A stretch of 64,000 nucleotides of DNA. Origin: Trichodelitschia bisporula. Its lineage: Eukaryota. A program made the position numbers and the translations under genes. The notes under the pieces were generated by a model, which was given only the letters and a program-made list of their open reading frames with translations, was not told the origin of the DNA and made no database searches. The stretch covers positions 931,803 through 995,802 of the forward strand of contig ML996687.1 in the NCBI GenBank assembly GCA_010356995.1, written 5' to 3'. Below, one piece after another: positions 58,538 to 64,000 of the stretch (positions are counted from its first letter, which is position 1; each line of letters begins with the position of its first letter).

Positions 58538-58586
58538 ACGGAAGCTTCACCGCGGTCGCGAACTTCCGGCGCGCCAAGATACTGAT

Positions 58587-58598
58587 TATCACGTGATA
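58587..58598. promoter_or_regulatory. Palindrome TATCACGTGATA (bHLH E-box; Cbf1/SREBP-type) upstream of CEF1
   Basis: Perfect 12-bp palindrome about 200 bp upstream of the ATG. Confidence 0.5.
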
Positions 58599-59121
58599 TA
58601 GGGCTTCCATTTTGAGCCGCTGTGACGTCGTTACTGATGTCAACCATCTCGAGACTGGCAGACCAATGTCCACCACAATTAATTCAGCAAAATCACCGGA
58701 CCTGAATCATAAAGCGCCTTCAGTACCAGCCATGTTTCTTTCAATTTGTCGGACAGGTGTGCCTAAACGCTCATTGCGTGCATATCCACCCATCAGGCTG
58801 AGGTCGACGGCCATGGACATGCGGGTCAAAGTCGACAATCAAAGGCAAACGTCGAACCCGAATAAGAAAGTGAGTTCGATCAACATGTATGCAGTCCAAT
58901 GTATCGGCCAACGCTCAACCCCGCCTGTAGCTATCAGACGGGTCCCAGACTGCCAAAGCCAAGCGGCAATCCGAACTCGACAGAGAACTTCAGGAGAAGA
59001 TGGCTGGTATTTCAGGTGACGGTGGTGATTCCGGTGTCGAATTTGAAGATGGCCGTCCCGTTGCCATGAAGCGCGGTGTACGTGACAATATGTTTCGATA
59101 CATATAGAAGTATAAGGTTAT

Positions 59122-60361
59122 CTAGCACCATGCATATTTCTCGTTCCCAAGCCAGTCAATCCAGCTCCCAACAGGGCCAACGCTCAGCCGCTCCCCATAC
59201 CAGCGCAAGCTTGCAATGCTCTCTGAGTCCCTGTGTACCATTTCAGCTGAGGGATAAACTGTCTTTGCTGCTTCGATAACGATCTTGGTTGGATTCCAAA
59301 TCTCCACGTTCGCCATGTTCCACGCTCTGGCTTCTTGGCTGGCTGCCCCGATGAGCGCCGCAATGGACGGAACATAGCGCAGGAACATTTCATCGCTGGC
59401 TTGTGTCTCCCAATTCAAGGTGCCTTCGCCTTCAACGACAAGGCGCAGAACATGCAGCGTGTTCCCGGCGTCATCTGTCGGATCTTCGTTGTACCACATG
59501 CGAGTCCAGTAGCACCACACCCGCTTTCCGGATTCGTCGAATACCATCGCTCCCTTTACGTCAGGGGCACGGCGGTAAAGTTCCTGGGCCACAAATTCCT
59601 CCCGCGCATGATGCCAGAGGATGGTCTCTACGTCTGGAACCACCGCGACGTGTACCTTTCCGGAGGGTGCCATCTTCATGCTTTGCCGAATAAGTTTCTC
59701 GTCATCCGCGCAGAGATCGGGCAGGTCGTCAGCATACAGCAAGTGGACCGGAGAAAGAGGGTCGTGGAGCTCGTTAGCGATTGCTTGCGAGGTGCATGGG
59801 ACGGATATATGCGCCGACTTGAACGGCTCCCAGCCAAGTGCTGCGTAGAATTCCTTTGATTTTAATCAGTCCAAGTTGCACCAGAAGTCTCGTGGGCCCT
59901 ACCTTCCCAATGTCAGAATAGAGAACACTGAACAGGCTCTCCCGCTCGTCAGCCTGCCATATCTTCAGGGCTTCTCCAAGCTCTTTGAGCATGCGCGCCG
60001 CATAACCCCTCCTTCTCAATTCTGGCGGACAGAACACACTTCCAATCCCATGGCACCACACGTCCTTGACAGTTCCATTTTGTGCAACGATGGCTCTCTT
60101 CCGGTAGGTCTCACAACCCGCCAAAACAAGCCGCTCCTTGGCCGCCTTGTCGACCAAGGCCCAGTAGGTAAGCCCGCCATTCTGGGTGAGCTCCCTGCTG
60201 GCGAGGAACTTTTCGCGCTTCAGATATGCGTCGAGCGACAACGCACCTCTCCAAGCAACGGCATTGGCTTTCATCTGCCGAAGCTTCTCCTCCTCGGTGG
60301 GCTGGACCAAGCCCAGAGCAGGGGACCTGCTGTCTGGCAAATCCTTAACCAATCCGTTCAT
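59122..60361 (-). CDS. GNAT N-acetyltransferase, LYC1-like lysine acetyltransferase family, 1 intron
   Basis: WRGALSLDAYLKRE, GCETYRK, GIGSVFCPPELRRRGYAARML (R/QxxGxA), SVLYSDIGK|EFYAALGW and C-terminal NEKYAWC. Confidence 0.8.
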
Positions 60362-60978
60362 GGCTGGATGGTGCTTTTGGAAGCAAATTGGGATTAAACA
60401 ATCAAAGAGTAAGCGCGAAGCACACGAAGGTATTTCTCCAAAGTTGCAGGAGAATTTTAAGCAACGAAAGAGAAGGGAAAGCAAATGAATTTAACTACGG
60501 ATCGTAAATCGTCAGGACCTATCGAACGCCTCAGAGCCGTACAAGAGGGTCATGCGGTCCGGACTTGGACAAACATGTCGGTGGGTGGTGTCTCGGGAGC
60601 GGAAGTAAAGACGTCCAATGGTACGAAGCGCGATCCGGAACCATTCCAAAAACGCCGTTGCTTTCCCGTGCGCATTGGTGATGTTGACAGTGCTGCAGCA
60701 TGTAAGGCCGATGCTAGCCGAGCAAAAAGTGATACGCAGTTACAATTTGTGCTCTAAACAGTTTCATGCTATTACGTACTGTATGGGGCGTAACTGGGAA
60801 ACGTAATTCTCAGCTAGTTCTTGAGTTAGTTCGAGAGGGGACGATATTCACATGAGAGGATCCGCACAAAGAAGAGTACTTAGGTCCCGTGACCTATCCC
60901 ACCGATTACAGTCGGTAAGATTTGCCCGGAACAAAGAATTTCCTTCACCGTTCAGTCTCGAGCCCTTGGCCTATAGGA

Positions 60979-61003
60979 ATGACTCCGCCAAGGCCTGACT
61001 CAT
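60979..61003. promoter_or_regulatory. Tandem ATGACTC and TGACTCAT, candidate Gcn4/CpcA sites upstream of THS1
   Basis: Sites at 60979-60985 and 60996-61003, about 150-170 bp before the ATG. Confidence 0.6.
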
Positions 61004-61148
61004 CCGCCCCCCTCCCCCCACACCTCCCCAACAATGAACCCGCGTCAAAGCCTCGCGAAATCCGTTGGTGGGGTAGCTTTCTTGTCGCCAAATCTCCAAC
61101 ACTTGTGACTAGCATTTGCCCCATTCAAAAATACCCCTAGCCGTAGCC

Positions 61149-63510
61149 ATGGCGGACGCCGTGAAGAATACCATCGGCGAGATCAAAGAAGGTGTCAAGC
61201 AACTGGGTGTCACCGACAAATCCAAACAGCCAAAAAAAGACAAGAAGAAGGCCGGCAAAGACACCGCTTCTGGCCCAGATGAGCTCGAAACTCCTCCAGC
61301 TTACTTTGACCACCGGATCCAGATCTTCGAGAAACTCAAGGCCGAGCGTGATGCCGAAATTGCACAAAAGCCGCGAGAGCAGATCAACATTACCCTTCCC
61401 GATGGTCGCATGGAAGTCGGCACGTCGTGGGAGACTACCCCCGCGGATATCGCTCGCTCAATCAGCAAGTCCCTCTTCGAACGCACTGTCATTTCTCGCG
61501 TAGATGGCGAGCTGTGGGATCTTGAACGTCCACTCGAGGGAAGCTGCAAACTAGCACTGCTGGAGTTTGAACATCCCGAGGCAAAGAAGGTCTTCTGGCA
61601 TTCGAGTGCTCACATACTGGGGGAGGCCGCCGAGCGGCGGTTCGGCTGCGACCTTTGTATTGGCCCACCTGTGGAGGATGGCTTTTATTACGAGATGGCT
61701 CTGCCGGGAGGTGCGGTCGTCCAGGAATCGGACCTAGCTCCGCTTGAGCGCGTCGCTGCCAAAGCCATAAAGGAGAAGCAGCCCTTCGTTCGCCTGGAGC
61801 TTTCAAAAGATGACCTCCTGGAGATGTTCAAGACGAATAAGTACAAGCAGCATATTATCAAGGACAAGATCCCCGATGGCTCATACACCACCGTGTATCG
61901 TTGTGGTCCGTTGATTGATCTGTGTCGTGGTCCGCACGTACCACATACTGGGCGCATAAAGACGTTCAAGATCATGAAGGTGAGAGGCATTGTGCCAATT
62001 ATTGTCCCAAAGCTATACTGAAGAAAGGCAGAACTCTGCATCATACTTCCTCGGCGATGCCGCCAACGACTCCCTGCAACGCATCTACGGTGTCTCCTTC
62101 CCAGACAAGAAGCTGATGGACGAGCATCTGAAGTACCTAGAAGAGGCTGCGAAGCGAGACCACAGGAAAATCGGCAAGGAGCAAGAGCTCTTCTTCTTCC
62201 ACGAGCTCTCTCCGGGATCGTGTTTCTTTTTGCCACATGGAATGATCATCTACAACACTCTTCAGTCCTTCCTGCGGTCGGAGTACTGGAAGCGGGGCTA
62301 TCAGGAAGTGAATACACCAAACATGTACAATGCTCAACTCTGGATGAAGTCCGGTCACTGGGAACACTACCAAGATGACATGTTTACCTTCACTGTCGAA
62401 AAGCAGCCTTGGGCGTTGAAGCCAATGAACTGCCCTGGACACTGCCTCCTGTTTGCACATCGTGAGCGCAGCTATCGGGAGTTACCCTTGCGGATCGCAG
62501 ATTTTGGTGTTCTACACCGCAACGAGGCCTCAGGTGCGCTCACTGGCCTGACACGTGTGCGGAGATTCCAGCAGGATGATACACACATTTTCTGCACTCA
62601 AGACCAAATCACCGACGAGATTATTGGTCTCTTTGATTTCCTAGGCACTGTTTATGGCAAGTTCGGCTTTACTTTCAAGCTTAAGCTCTCCACCCGGCCG
62701 GAAAAGTACCTCGGAAAGCTGGAAGAGTGGAACCTGGCAGAAGCCAAGCTTGAGGACGCTCTGAATCAATTCAAGGCCCAGAAAGGCGCTGAATGGGAGC
62801 TCAATGTCGGCGATGGCGCCTTCTACGGACCTAAGATTGATATCACCATTTGCGACGCTCTTAGGCGGGAGTTTCAATGTGCCACCATTCAACTCGACTT
62901 CCAACTTCCTCAGCGCTTTGACCTGGAGTACATGACAGCTGAGAATGCCCCAAAAGATTCTCAACAAGAAGCAAATGCTCCCGCGGAGACCGACAGCAAG
63001 AAGACCGAGCCTTCAGGGCCAAAGCCGGGCTATGCACGCCCGGTCATGATCCATCGCGCCATTTATGGTAGCTTCGAACGCTTCATCGGAATCCTCACGG
63101 AGCATTTCGGTGGCAAGTGGCCGTTCTGGCTGAGCCCACGTCAAGTGCTCGTCGTTCCGGTCATGCCTGCCGTGAATGACTATGTCGAGGAAGTCCGGAA
63201 GATCTTCCGGGATAAGGGCATGCATGTGGACATTGATGTCAGCGGCAACACCCTCCAGAAGAAGATTCGGACAGGTCAATTGGCCCAGTACAACTTCATC
63301 TTCGGTAAGGGTGCCATGGTCCTTTGTATCCGTATGCATGGCTAATGAGATGTAGTTGTGGGCGCCCAGGAGAAGGAGAGCCGCACAGTCAATATCCGAA
63401 ACAGAGATGACCCTGCCACTCAGGCCAAGGGTGAACTGGTTCCTCTTGAAGTGGCCATCGAGAAACTCACGGCACTGCGTGATACCCGGGTGTTGAAGAA
63501 TGCTATCTAG
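61149..63510 (+). CDS. THS1: Cytosolic threonyl-tRNA synthetase, 2 introns
   Basis: TGS domain [59 protein letters not shown] and [11 protein letters not shown]. Confidence 0.97.
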
Positions 63511-64000
63511 ACATCGGACTACAATAACCACTTGATGTCGGACACCCCTGACAATTCGGGTTTCTTCTCTAGCTGTGAGGGGCGCAGAGTTCACTGCTGT
63601 GTATGTTAGCCATCTACGGCTTACGCGGGCCCAGTCTCCCGTACTTGGATTCAAGGTAGCACATGATAATCGGTGCGAAACACTACGTCATAGGTGCGAT
63701 CACAGCATTATGTGACCTGAGAAAGCGTTCAATCGAGCGTCTCCCATGCAAGCGATGAGCCAACTTCAATTGTGACATATTTAACCCCTGACTTCAGGAG
63801 TGATACTAAGCACATGTCAGCGAACAATCATTTATTTCATGTTGCTGTAACCCGAAGATACTTTTGCATGGGCTTTAACCTATAATTGTCTATCTAACCG
63901 TGCTTCACCATCTTTATGAGCAGAACGAGAGAAAGATGTGAGCACCCTTCTCAGACCATCGGATCCTGCCCGCACCCCTCTAGAGAAATGCCTCGAGGTT

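Overview
Eukaryotic, gene-dense DNA from a filamentous ascomycete (Pezizomycotina-type: short GT-AG introns with CTRAY branch points, fungal orthologues). I count 33 protein-coding genes, almost all conserved housekeeping genes: a patatin-like lipase (truncated by the window edge), CDC43, FOL3, YKT6, NFU1, VPS51, ARG3, VTC1, a Rad60/Esc2-like gene, COQ4, cwf18, VMA22, NHP2, a mitochondrial amidotransferase small subunit, CDC8, DPS1, SAR1, HTS1, SEC12, a flavodoxin-less FAD/NADPH reductase, CCA1, FBA1, RPN5, LTO1, MES1, TCP1, ProRS, SNU66, a CE12 esterase, TAF7, CEF1, a LYC1-like GNAT and THS1. I found no transposon, CRISPR array, rRNA or tRNA gene. Most notable observations: (1) the CCA-adding enzyme continues in frame into a Tti2-like helical domain; (2) five aminoacyl-tRNA synthetases plus CCA1 and a tRNA amidotransferase subunit lie within about 44 kb, several with Gcn4/CpcA-type sites; (3) eight exact intergenic copies of the 10-mer TACGGATGTA; (4) 2-nt and 6-nt micro-exons in SAR1 and YKT6; (5) SAR1 lies next to its GEF SEC12; (6) a candidate hairpin/uORF splicing switch in the 5' leader of the reductase. 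All gene calls come from motif recognition by eye, with no database search, and intron boundaries are predictions.
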